This document shows, piece by piece, positions 11,401 to 23,732 of a DNA stretch of 64,000 bases (positions within the stretch are counted from its first letter, which is position 1; the number at the start of each line of letters is the position of its first letter). A program made the position numbers and the translations under genes. The stretch is from Oopsacas minuta (lineage: Eukaryota > Animalia > Porifera), in NCBI GenBank assembly GCA_024704765.1, contig JAKMXF010000317.1, positions 321,848 to 385,847 on the forward strand, read 5' to 3'. The notes beneath the pieces were generated by a model. The model ran no database searches and was not told the DNA's origin. It saw only the letters and a program-made list of their open reading frames with translations.

Positions 11401-12645
11401 ACGAGAAAGCTTTCTACATAATTCAAAAGCAACTACAATTGAAGAATGGAAATTAGCTTTACTACAATACTACAGAATAATCTCATTATAGCAAGTACTT
11501 ATTCTTCTTGCTCAGAAACGAACTAAGTGTTCCCATCAAGAATTCTCATACCAGTTGGTCTGTGTGCATTTCTCGCCTTTTCTCCTGAACCTGAATGCAG
11601 TAACACAGGTTTAGATCACATCGTTGGCGGGATGCGAAATTATGAAATGTAGCCTCTGCGTTGGAGTACCTTTACGTATTTCTGGTTCTTTCGTTTAGGG
11701 CAAAGGTGTACTGACTGGTCTTCCAATTCTGTAAGAGATGATGTACAGGTTTTATATCTATTTCCAAAGAACCAACGCTTTCGAGGGCGTCCCATGTGTT
11801 TACCAATTTGGAAGTGGTCTTGAGAAGTGTTAGGAGACATTCCAAAAGAGGTGAGTGATTGTGAAATCCACTAACTACTGTCTCAGAGGTAGATTCATTT
11901 TGAGATGGATATCGAGGTAAGGTAGTATCCAGAGGAGGTACAGGAGGCGATGAAATATAGGAGATATCATCTGAATCTGAAAATGAGTCTGAGAAATCTC
12001 CCTGCTCATTGAGGACATGTTCTTCATAACTTGAACTTGATTCATTTGACGTCATCTGAGACAACTAAAATTATCTAATGTAACTGAAAGAAAATAAGAT
12101 ATAATTATCACTAATACATATTTTAGGTAATATCTTGCCAAAAAATTCAATATTAGCAACTTCGAGAAATTACTAAAATATTCACAATTTCCTTATGTCC
12201 TCCGAGGTCTTATAGGATAGTGTTGTTTCATATTTTTACTGTAATCAGGGTATAGCTTATCAGTTGCCTAAGATGTAGTCTCAGACAATTTATGAAAGCT
12301 ATCAAGTGCTATTTCATGTAGCCTCTATGTTATCTAAAATGACCTAGAAGCGTAAACAATGAACTAAAATTAGTGAATAGAAAGTTGACTATTACAAAAC
12401 TACTGGAAAAATGTTTAGAGCCATAGCCCATAGCCAGGGGCGTAGCAGGGTACAGCATATGCGGCCAAAGTACTACGTACTAGTAACGCAAGTGGTTTCA
12501 AATTATGGAATAGTATAGAATTGGAAAGAGTTTATGAATGAAGAAATATATTGTCGCCTTGAGAAATCAAATTATAAAATCATCACTCTCATGCATTGTA
12601 TGTTTGGGGGAGGGGGTGCATGCATAAGGGAACCCTAGGTCACCG

Positions 12646-14662
12646 CAGTGAACTACATAATATAAGGACTGGAAACAGCAATAAAAAACTGGACCATGGA
12701 TGAACTACAAGTACATTCGTTTTGCTATTTATTATTAGTTATGAACTTTAAACGATAAGCACCTATTTTAATCGGAAATCGGCTCTGAAATTGGACCAGG
12801 GATGAGAGAAGTCATTTAAATAAAATATTATTAATAACCCATAACATCTAAACCATAATTGGATTATATCATTAATTTATTTTATTCAATGAATACAGGT
12901 ACTGTTTTGGAATATTCTATTCTGTATTTTACCGGGAACTTTTCCCGTGATTGGAATTCCACGATTTTTCGTCTTTATACATTTCCTCCTTCTTCGTTTT
13001 ACCTTTTTCTTTTATTTACATGTATTTTAGACACTTCTTAATGCCTAATACATGTTCTGTATTTGGGTGCAAGACTAATTACAGAGGTCACCCCACTGGC
13101 ACTGTTTTCAGTTTACCGATAGGATCTAAATACTTGAAAGAGAAATGGATTAGACCTCTTCATAGGGATCTAGCCGAAGACCTTCCAGAGGATAAATATT
13201 CATTTGCATACACCATTTTAGGGAGGAAGATCTTATCCGCGTTGACCTGGCACTCCAAGCTGATGGTAGCTACTCCGAAATACCACGCATTAGACCAATT
13301 TATCGTCCGAACGCAGTGCCTGTTATTTTCCAAGCAGGCCCATCATATTTGAATACAACTGGTCAAATAGCAAAGCGTTTAAATCTTGAATCTAAGGAAG
13401 AGGAAAACTTTGCTAAAGCTCTTCACGATAGCATTATACAAGATCAACAAGATTCATTACGGTTCGGTTTGGGGAATCTTGAGGATCTTAAAATTAAGGT
13501 GCCAGAGTTACACCTTAACCAAGATTGGGCGATCTGGTACCCCTCTAGTAATACCTTAGAGATCATACACCTTGAATTCGCCAATCAGCCTCTACATATT
13601 CTATCTACCTTATCAATTCATTCAGATTTAACAGTTTCAGCAGTTGTTGCCAACACCAAGTTCCTTTGAGTCTCAGTAGATTAACAGATATACGACAAAT
13701 CGAAATCTTAATTGGTGATATTCTAAACTACACTAATCCTGAATTATTTGAATCCAGTTTGTTCTAGAAAATATTCTCACAAATATATCTTGCGATAAGT
13801 ATGCTGAATTGTTACATGATCTAAATTCTATTGACCTCGACCTTCATGTTCTCCAATCAATTGTATTTATTGGTGGTTACGCTGTATACGCTAATCTTAA
13901 AACTGCCACTTGCCATCGTTGTAGTCAGCACCTAACTGAGAACCAAGATATTGAGATCACAGACACTATTAAATATGACCTTATAAGGTACATTGATTGT
14001 AGTTCTCTGAAATGGCCTTCAGAAATAGTAATTGAATCAATTGTTGTATTATAGAAAATATTTATCAAGATTGATGAGAATGAAACTCTTAGGAAACACT
14101 TCTATTCCTCGCCATCAAGATGGGTATTAATTCAGCTGACTGAAAATTTGTTGGTTGATAATTTTAGCCAGCATTGGAGAGATAATTGTAAGGGCTGTGG
14201 TACTTCTGGTTGGACTATCCTTAGGAAGATCCTTAGTGTATGTACTAATTGCATACTAGCTAATAAAGTTCGCAATGTCAACTCTGAAATCACATCTAGT
14301 AAGAATGATTGAAGAAATTTAGATCTAGTTAGAAGATATATTAGTTCCTGCTACTAAATCACTTAACAGTTTTGTAATGATTTTGTTTTCCTATTCCTTT
14401 ATTATATTCCTGTTGTTTTAGACCTATTATTATGTTATTATTTCAGTTATAAGTCATGATATGCTATGATAATAACATACTTTATTTAAATGACTTCTAT
14501 TTCATCCCTGGTCCAATTTCAGAGTCGATTTCCAATTAAAATAGATATACTTATCGTTTAAAGTTCATAAATAATAATAAATAGCAAAAACGAATGCACT
14601 TATAGTTCATCCATGGTCCAGTTTTTATTGCTGTTTCCAGTCCTTATATTACGTAGTTCACG
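12646..14662 (+). mobile_element. Internally deleted P-superfamily (Galileo/THAP9-like) element with about 180-bp TIRs
   Basis: 12648-12830 is the inverted repeat of 14480-14661. Inside: a THAP domain from ATG 13041 (MPNTCSVFGCKTNY...VFSLP...KW..., frameshift, CIHHFREED...AVP) and the P-transposase C-terminal region (IGGYAVY...CHRC...KWPS). The catalytic core is missing. No clear TSD found. Confidence 0.75.
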
Positions 14663-15636
14663 ATCCATCTTATTAATATAGGTAAAGCAAAAGTCTATCG
14701 GAAAAGTAATCCAAAACATTTGTATTATGCAGTTATGAGAAATAGTTTAAGATTCAAACTTCCGTGACAATAGAAAGGTAATTAATGTGGTAGCAATTAT
14801 TGCTTATTATCCAGGACTTATTGATTGTTTACAGCCACCATAAATCCTCATTTAGAACTTGTTGCTCGCCAGATTTAATTTGTGCCACCCCCAGATTTCA
14901 AAGCCACACGACGCCACTACCCAGCTGGATAGTTATACCCAACTAGAAATTTATAGATCAGCTACTAGGCATGCCTCTTGCTAAACCCGTGAAAACACCT
15001 TGTCTCATGTCCTGTTCCCCTTTGGTAATTCCTTCGCCCGACCCCCTAAGGGAAAATCCTGGCGACGTCCCTGACGCGGCCCCTGCAGGTTGCCAAACGT
15101 TTTCTTTATAAGGAACTGCCCAGTCTGAGATTAGATATTTCAAGGTTATTAAAGTCAACTTCTTCAAATTTCTGTCTGTGGTAAGTTTCAGTCATTTTAA
15201 GTATGAATAAATTACATTTTGGGTTTCAACCTTGATATTTACAAACATACTGATAGATTAATCGCGTTTTAATGATTACGAGCCTTTGGCTCGTCGCTTC
15301 GCGATGAACTCGGCGCATTGCGCCTCGAGGTATCCATTATTGTCCAAATTGCCGCCCCCTTTGAGTAGCATAGATATATTTAGAACAATGGAATTCACAA
15401 ATATACGTATATGGCATATGTATTATTGAAATATTTTCTAACCTTTGTAGCGTTGAGAGCAAGTATCTACGTCTCTTCTTAGATTTTGCTAATTTGTTTG
15501 TACTTTCAATAGCTCATGGTATAGATTTCATCAAATTATATGTATATAGATATTATAATCTCTCAGTAATTAATATAATTATAACTATTCTATAGTCACT
15601 ATTATTCAATTCAACAAAAGATAAATTTCTACACAA

Positions 15637-16883
15637 ATGGCTACTGCAGAAGTTGATTTGAGTTTCATAACTCAGATAAAAGGGAGTAGAAAGAAGATTA
15701 GAGACTGCTTGAAGAAGTCGCATGAAGCTCTCAGACTCAGAGAGAGTACCCTCCTCTCTCGTATTGATCAAATAGAGAAAGATTATAACAACAAAACTCA
15801 AGAGATGAATTCATTGGTCGAAGCTTTGAACAAAGAAATGGTGCAAGCTACAGAGACTCTCTCCGCTAATAAACTTGCTGAAGCTCACAAACAAATTAAT
15901 GAACAAACAGCTGAGACAGGCAGTAGCATTGAGTTTGAATGGGACAATCAATTCGAGACTGACATAGAACAGCTAGGGAGTATTAAGCTTAACACTCAGA
16001 CTAAAATATCTCCCACCCACTCCTTCCTTCCTCAAGTGAAGCCTGTTGTACCTGACTACAAGGCTAAACAGCTGCCTATTGCTTGCGGCTGTAAGAATGA
16101 TATACACAAGAAAGTTCCAGGAGAACTGAACGGTCCCAGAGGTATAGCAGTTCTTAACCAAACTGGAGACATATACATAGCGGATTATTGCAACCATCGT
16201 GTACAAGTATTTAGCAGTAACGGAGACTATCTCTTCATGTTCAGTGAGAAGATGAACAAACCTATAGGTATCTGTATATCTCAGAATAAAGTGTTTGTTA
16301 CACAATATCATGGTCATTGCATTAATAAGTACGAGCTAGAAGGGAACTAATCAAGAGTGTTGGTAGTTATGGGAATGGAAAAGTTCAGTTCTACTATCCA
16401 CACGGAGTAGATGTCTCTGATAGAAATAATAATGTGTATGTATGTGATAGTTATAATAACAGAATTCAAATCTTAACTCAAGAACTCAAGTTCCATTCTA
16501 TACTAGGAATAGGCATGTTCAAGTATCCACGTGACGTTAAGGTTAGAAGAGACAGAGTATTGGTGCTAGATAAGAGTGATCCGTGTATGTTTGTGTTCAA
16601 TCCAGATCACGATCTAATCAACAGACTGATAACTCGAGGTGATGGCAAACAAACAAACAAGCCTTTACGTTTCGACATAGACAGAGACTATAACATCATT
16701 ATGAGTGACTACTGTAGTCACTGTGTGTACGTATTCAATCAGGAGGGAGAACAGATACACAAGTTTGGGAAGAAAGGTCAGGGTATCGGGGAGTTCTATT
16801 ACCCATTTGGAATAGCACTAGACAACACAGGACACATTATAGTTGTGTGTCAGAAGAATATTAATTGTCTACAATTCTTTTGA
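15637..16883 (+). pseudogene. Coiled-coil + NHL-repeat protein, family B, frameshifted copy
   Basis: Paralog of 48522-49790. A 1-nt deletion near 16345 (GGGAACTAATC vs GGGAAACTAATC) splits it into ORFs 15637-16350 and 16434-16883; it also has an in-frame deletion in the coiled-coil region. Confidence 0.88.
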
Positions 16884-17139
16884 ACTTATCTTGCATTTAA
16901 TTATTCATTCATAGCTAATATTTTCTTTATACAATTTGTATAGCTTTTATTCTTATTCTATTTCCTTATACCCTTTTACAACTATCTTCTTATTCAGAGT
17001 TTCCCTGTCACGTCAAATATTTCTGGGCTTAATGTGGTTCGGCTGGGCCACTTATAGTCGCCAGAGCCTGTCTCCCACGTCCCTCTTTAGCTAGCCAAAT
17101 TTGTTCTCCCAGACCAGATTTAGCTTAAATCGGTCTGCG

Positions 17140-17255
17140 TAAATGTGTTGCTAAGTGTGCAAGGGGAAACAGGGTTTCCTAGGGAATGATGTTTCCCTAA
17201 ACATCATTCACTAGTAAATAATGATCGGGGAACAGGATTACCTCTGACACTGGTA
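17140..17255. repeat. Dispersed repeat (partial copy of the palindromic element at 51178-51455)
   Basis: Shared GCTAAGTGTGCAA..GGAAACAGGGTTTCCTAGGGAAT.ATGTTTCCCTAAACATCATTCA..AGT.AATAATG sequence. Confidence 0.75.
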
Positions 17256-18413
17256 CCCAAAAGTAACTTTGGGAAAAGGTAATATTACATAATTTATAAA
17301 TATTAAAGACACTCGGGGATTTTATAGTTACGCTTAGTAATTGTGAACATAAGTGACATTTTCAAATGGCTAACTAATCTATTTTAATCTCATAAATCTA
17401 AATAATATCTAAAATAAACAGAACTACGTATATATATTGATTATGTAATCAAACTGGAAGGAATTTATTTGTGGTCAAATACAAACAATAATGATAAATT
17501 CGATGGTTGCTGTAAAAGCATTCATATAATTGAATATATTCAGTAGCAATGCAAAGGGTGTGAAATATGATTAATCATATGATAAATCATTTTGATATAG
17601 ATTGTAAAATGTCTAAATTGAATTCTACATGCTTGATTACCCCTTACTAGCAGTTAACTCATGTATGATGGCGTTTCTTGATTTCTGACAGGTTAGTTGC
17701 ATTTTTTTGCAGATTTCGAATTTTACTACCAAATTATTTACTTTTTATACTATTTCTATATAAATGTATGGAATTATATATGGATTGGAAGTTTTGGCCT
17801 GTACTAGAATATACTCATACTCTCTAGAAAAATCTCAGAATATTCTACGCTACTCATTCAAATAGTTTTCGCACGCAAGTGTAACAAAATTTGAGTTGTT
17901 TGTGCAATTATCCATTACGAGCTTCGCTTGCTCACGCTGTGCGGCTTGCGAACATTTTGTGTTCGCATGGGACTCGGCACTTCGTGCCTCGAAATGGCAG
18001 AGTATAAATTTGCAAAATGAATTAATTAATATATATTTCCACTATTTGTTGACTTTATATTCATAAAAACAACAAAATTTACATATAATAGACTTGAAAA
18101 TGCGAAATTCAGATTCAGCGTACTTTGTTACCCCATTGTAGCTGTTAAGTACAAGTCTCTACGTATATTTTGAGATTTCAACTATTGTATTACATTGAAA
18201 GATTAGTACAAAACCAGAAACTCAGGTTTTCTGTTGGATTATAGATGCGTAGTTATTTGTCAGCCGCTTTAATCGATTCAACCAATAGTAATATTCAATA
18301 ATATCATAAAGAAAATAGAATAACAAATGGCTGACGTGTATACAAAGTAGGAGGAAGCCATGGAAAGTGGGGTGGCTATGCCCTGAGTGTATATATTATA
18401 GATAATTGATATA

Positions 18414-19358
18414 CTACTTAGTCATGAAGGAGGAAAAAGTTTTGGTGTAGACCTTCTTGAACGATTTTCTCAGCATCAGGATTGTACCATCTGGAAAAGT
18501 CAATAGTAACTCAGGAAGCAGACCACGCCTCGACAATATATTCTGCATAACGAATAGAAAACTAGGTATATGATCTTCATAACTTCCAATCGAATTACAA
18601 TATTTGTCCTCAAGCGAGGTAATATTGGGAAATTTCGGAAAAGTATCTTTGCATAAAATATAATCGATCACTTTTCGAATCCAAGAATCGTGAACAATAG
18701 CAGACCAGCCTAAAATGCTCCAATTCACGAATGTGAGAGGTATTATTATAATTGTGAAACATATCAAGCGTTTTTCAAGATTACTCAACTTCACTTTTTG
18801 CCTAAAATGTTTGCGAAAACCAAGTGTTCTGTAATGCACAAGTAACAGGGTTAAAATTCCCATTGTAAACCCCATAGCGCCAGAAAGAAGTTCTAATATG
18901 GCATACGCTTGTAAGAAAACTTGATCGACTTCAGTATCAACAGAAATAAACTGTCTTTTATAAATAAAATATACCATTTGAGGCTGTTCGATCAATGTAA
19001 GGATTGGTATTATTCCTGAAAATATACAACAAATGACTATTTCCACTAACACGATTGTTATTTTAGTTTTTTTGCTGCTTCCTTTCATTAATCGTATTGG
19101 AAAGATGATAACAAGCATAATATTAAACAGACAAATGAACAGCATCGGTAAATTGAAAAGTACAACCGTTGTGAGCAATATAATATACGCCAAACCTCTA
19201 CCTTTATATAGTATAGACACCTGTAGAATATTCAAGTCATCACGACCATTTGCGAAAAAGTATTTGGGTGGAAGAAAATCAGATAAAGTTAGAGATAAAG
19301 CAAGGCAAGTGATGGAGCATACCAATAAGAAAATGCAACCTGACCAATTGAAATCTGC
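18414..19358 (-). CDS. Frizzled/Smoothened-like 7TM protein, C-terminal about 6 TM helices; 5' part missing or in an upstream exon
   Basis: Open frame from 19358 (ADFNWSGCIFLLVCSITCLALSLTL...) to stop 18414, with about 6 hydrophobic helices and a Cys pair in the last extracellular loop. No ATG; a possible acceptor (TTAAGCAG) lies near 19356. The family call is by overall pattern only. Confidence 0.45.
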   Translation of the reverse strand, partial: ADFNWSGCIFLLVCSITCLALSLTLSDFLPPKYFFANGRDDLNILQVSILYKGRGLAYIILLTTVVLFNLPMLFICLFNIMLVIIFPIRLMKGSSKKTKITIVLVEIVICCIFSGIIPILTLIEQPQMVYFIYKRQFISVDTEVDQVFLQAYAILELLSGAMGFTMGILTLLLVHYRTLGFRKHFRQKVKLSNLEKRLICFTIIIIPLTFVNWSILGWSAIVHDSWIRKVIDYILCKDTFPKFPNITSLEDKYCNSIGSYEDHIPSFLFVMQNILSRRGLLPELLLTFPDGTILMLRKSFKKVYTKTFSSFMTK

Positions 19359-20753
19359 TTAATTCTCTTGACTACAGTAGATTCCGGTTTCTGTTTAGGA
19401 CGTAGGTTCTGACTTGGATTTAAGACTTTTATCGAATAACTTCAAGCCCTTTCAAAACATATTGATTTTCTCCGCTTACAACGACGTACCGTGTATAACG
19501 AAATAAAACCTGATTCCAGAGTACTTTGTTTTAACTTTTAACCAAAGTTGAATTTAATATAATTTGAATTTTGATATTTGAATTCACATCTATGGAAGAA
19601 TAATACAATTTAGACTCTGTAATTAAGAATATTACAGGACCCGCGATACCAGTTCGGTTACTCCGGTGTAACCGGATAACTTTCTGATGCAATGAATACT
19701 GACTTACTCTAAAATATCACTTTGGATAATGAGAGAAATTTTAACGATTCTTGGTATCCTTATTGACCAATTGTATAATAAGACATATTCCAAAATATCT
19801 ATTGACGCTGTAAGCATGCTAGCAGACTAATTGTTAATGAACACTTACCAGTGCTTGCCAAATCTGATGGTTTGATGGCCATAGTCACCAGACTTTTTCC
19901 TGAAACCAATAAAAATCATGTAATTTGGCATTGTTATACGAGGTGGTAGCTATGTTAGCCACCACGGAATTTCAATAATTTCGAGCGCTGCGACTTACAT
20001 ACACAGATGTAAAAATTATGAGCTATCTAGTGATACATTTTGACCCTAATCGAAAAAATAGATGTCACAATCATTGTTAAGACTATGTATATACATTTTA
20101 GATCTCTTCCTTTACTCATAATTGCAAACTATCCCAAATTCAGGCGGGAATCCATGTTCGGAAAGTGTTGAGGCTATTGTCCCACCAAAATTTGCAAAGA
20201 ACCTTACTCGTCCCGCCTTTTTGTAGACCTGTCTAATGCAAATATGCTACATACCACGAGTAACAGCTATTTTCTGAATAACTATTCATAGAAGTTTTAA
20301 GCTGGAAATTTTCTTTGAAACAAGAATTAAGACAAAAATGAAACAAATAATGATTTGTAAAAATCTATAAATAGAATATGTGAATATAGAATTAATCATA
20401 AATTAGTTTCAATTTCGTTTGATTTGGAATTATAATTATTTGGTATTATTCATGTATCAAATAATATCAAACTCAGTCAGGGGTAATAACCACGAATTCA
20501 GTATACATATTAATTCTGTACAAATTTGAGTTTCAAGGTAGACACTTTGTGTTACTCATGATGATGAACTGACACTTCTAAGTGCGGGCCAATTGACAAA
20601 CACTCAGATAAATCCCAGAGTCAAATACGTATGTAGTAATGTCAAAGCTTAGCCAGCACAGAACTGTTAGTATCAGCCTGCACCATGAGTAAGGGTACCA
20701 ATCATTCGAAAATTGCATGGAAAATGGAAAAAACATGTGTAATATGTTATTAG

Positions 20754-22547
20754 TTAATGAAAAGAAGTATAAAAATAATAAATATTTGTATAAACTACAA
20801 AATGAGAAATAAGAAAATGAAAATGAGTTATATACTAATTGGATAAAGCAAGATTATAGGAAATACACTCAAAGTAAGGAAAATGTTAATATTTCTGGAA
20901 ACAGCCTTTACCTTCAATGCCATGATTCACACATATAATATTATCTGAGTTATCTAATACAATACCGCATAAGTAAGAGAGATGTCCTCTACCCAGAATA
21001 TGCTTCATCACTCCTTGAGGTGAGAAGATACGGATATCGTTAGTAGTACTGCCTGTGATTAAGAAGTTCCCCTTCTTATCAATCGTGAAGAAGACAGCTG
21101 TTGTCATTTGCTGTTCCTGTCCAGTTAGCTGTATAATATTCTGGAGAGTATAGTCTCTGTTGTAGCAGTGGATGGAGTTGTTGTCTTGAGATAGGATGTA
21201 GATTCTGTCAGAGAATACAGTAATGTCTTTTGGAAGTTTGAGTTCTCCGGAGCCGAACTTTTTAATGAAGTTAAGATTCGAATCAAATATTTGAATTCTT
21301 TGCATACTACAATCACAGACATATATTAACCCAGCTTCATGACACAATCCTGTGATATTAGTAAATCGTCCTTCTGTATTGCCTCTTGAGCCTGTTTCCT
21401 TTAGGAATTGTCCTCCTAGACTAAACTTCACAAGAGACTCTTTAGCTTGATCAGTAACGAATACTTCCTCTTTTGACAGACATATTGAGTATGGCTCCTT
21501 CAAGTGGTCAGTCCCAAAAGAACGTAAATACTTTCCTTCAGTATTCAACACCTGAATACGACTGTTGCTATAATCACAAATATACAATTCATTACAAGCT
21601 CCATCTACTGCTATTCCTGTGGGATTATTCAACTCTCCATTTCCTCTACCCCACTCACAAACTCTAAGAATAGGGTTTTCCCTCCTGATGTATTCAGGAA
21701 TGATTTCAAACAAATCAAATTTCATCAATGGTTTCACGAATTTCATCAGAGTAACAACGGAACTCAATAAACTCCAAGTTATCCACTTTTACCTTTTCAG
21801 CTATTCTCAGTTCGATGTCTCTATCTAGTGTTTGTTTCATTATGTCTAGTGATCCTCCTACCAAGTTGCTAGTCAATGTGGCTAGATTTTGATCTTTGCA
21901 TATTCTCAACTGTTCTATTGCTTCGTCCAATTCTACATTCTTGTCGTGTCCTTCCTTCATTTTAGCGAGTCTAGACAGAAGACTATTTCTGTGATCTGAC
22001 AGATATTGGTAAAGTTCATCAAAAGTTCTTATTATTTCCATTTTCAGAGCTTCTAGCTTTTGATCGACATTGAAAACTGCAGCCATTTCTATTCTAGAAA
22101 TTCAAAAATATTTGTGTAGTTAAGATCAAGAATATTTTGAGAGTTAGGCGCATGTCACACGCCAATTTTGGCGAATAATAATAACAATCATAAAGGTCAA
22201 TTGAAATGTATTATTGTTTATAAGATTAATCAGTTGAATTCATTAATATTGTAAAATTATTCAAAAGGTAAACCGTGTATAATTAAAGGGAGGAAGCTTG
22301 ATAAATGATATGTAGGTCGAGTTCTAATACTACTGGTAATAGCCCATAGCCAGGGGCGTAGCAGGGTACAGCATATGCGGCCAAAGTACTACGTACTAGT
22401 AACGCAAGTGGTCTCAAATTGTGGAATAGTATAGAATTGGAAAGAGTTTATGAATGAAGAAATATTGTAGCCTTGAGAAATCAAATTATAAAATAGTCAA
22501 TTTCATGCATTGTATGTTTGGGGGAGGGGGAGGGTGCATGCATAAGG
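20754..22547. repeat. Segmental duplicate of 4984-6782 joined directly to a copy of 12423-12629
   Basis: Co-linear near-identity to 4984-6782 (NHL gene plus flanks) up to 22338; 22339-22547 then matches 12423-12629. Confidence 0.9.
20886..22086 (-). pseudogene. Coiled-coil + NHL-repeat protein, family A, frameshifted copy
   Basis: Paralog of 5115-6314. A 1-nt insertion near 21718 (CAAATCAAATTTCATC vs CAAATCTATTTCATC) splits it into ORFs 21715-22086 and 20886-21767. Confidence 0.9.
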
Positions 22548-22929
22548 AGACACAATAATTGCTCAAGGACAAAGGTGCTACACATTCTACAGAAAAATCT
22601 TAATGTTATAGGCACATGAATTTGAATATATACGAAGTTATTATTGTCCTTTGATCTATTGATAACTAACTGTTGTTACGCTTACATTTGTAAATTCAAT
22701 ATCGAAGCAAACATGTATGCATTAGTATAGGTAATACTATGCATTATTATAAATTTCTTAAGAGCTACTAATAGATTGTCATTGCGTTACTTTTATAAGT
22801 GTCCTTAAAACGGAGTTAATCTCTTTATATATGTGTATATACATATATGCTTGTATGTCCAGAAATTATTGAAGAAACTGAAAGGCCCAGGGCTGACTTT
22901 TGGTATACAGGGGCATTTTGGGCCTGGCT

Positions 22930-23265
22930 CGGACAATTTCGAGTCTTGGACGAAATTCACACCACGAAATTATGACGTCATTGTTATCTTTTGGATTTAC
23001 GAAAATCACATCATTAGCCACTGCTCAGCCAATATAAATGGTAGATAGGGTGAAATTTGAATCAAAGGTACCCCACAATATGCCAAATGTTCTGACGTCA
23101 TCACTTTACTCAATTGCAAACTAATCATGAAATTATTACATCATCATGACTGTACAAAATTGAAAATTTTCCAAATTTCGAGTATTTTTAGAAATTCTCA
23201 ATACTTGAGGTACGAAGTGCCGAGATTACTAAACAAAAACCACGTAAGAGCTCCAGTATTACCAA
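22930..23265 (+). repeat. Dispersed repeat, inverted copy at 40850-41182; possibly a Helitron 3' portion
   Basis: About 330-bp alignment with the reverse complement of 40850-41182. It ends in CACGAAGTGCCGAG...GAGCTC(T/C)AGT, a CTAG-like 3' terminus. Confidence 0.7.
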
Positions 23266-23732
23266 CTAAGACCATTAAATGTAATTCGGATGGGCCATAG
23301 ATAATATAAAATTTCAATTCCCTCTGTTTTATCCCTGAGGCACGTAGTGCAGAGTATATTCTGTAGCGTAGCGATAATAAGCACTAAAAATATATAGTTG
23401 TTTAATATTTAAGCTAAATCTGACGCACCAAAATGTCACCCAGTGACCTAGCAAGCGAAGCGCGGTAATACATACTTAAGCTCTATCATTCATATTTTCG
23501 AGATAAGTGGTAATAACACAATTCAGTCGGCTTTCATGTTATCAAACCTTCTCGGGGACATATTTAGCCGTGTATTAAGTAAGTCATGGGTCCGTATATA
23601 CAAAGTAGTAAAATCTCATGGTAGTAGGAATCTCATATAACAGGCCTAATGTTTGGTAGGCTATGAGTATGTATAAACTTATTAAAATACAATTATGCGA
23701 TTGGATCAGTCTCAAAATAAAATTAAAAGTAT

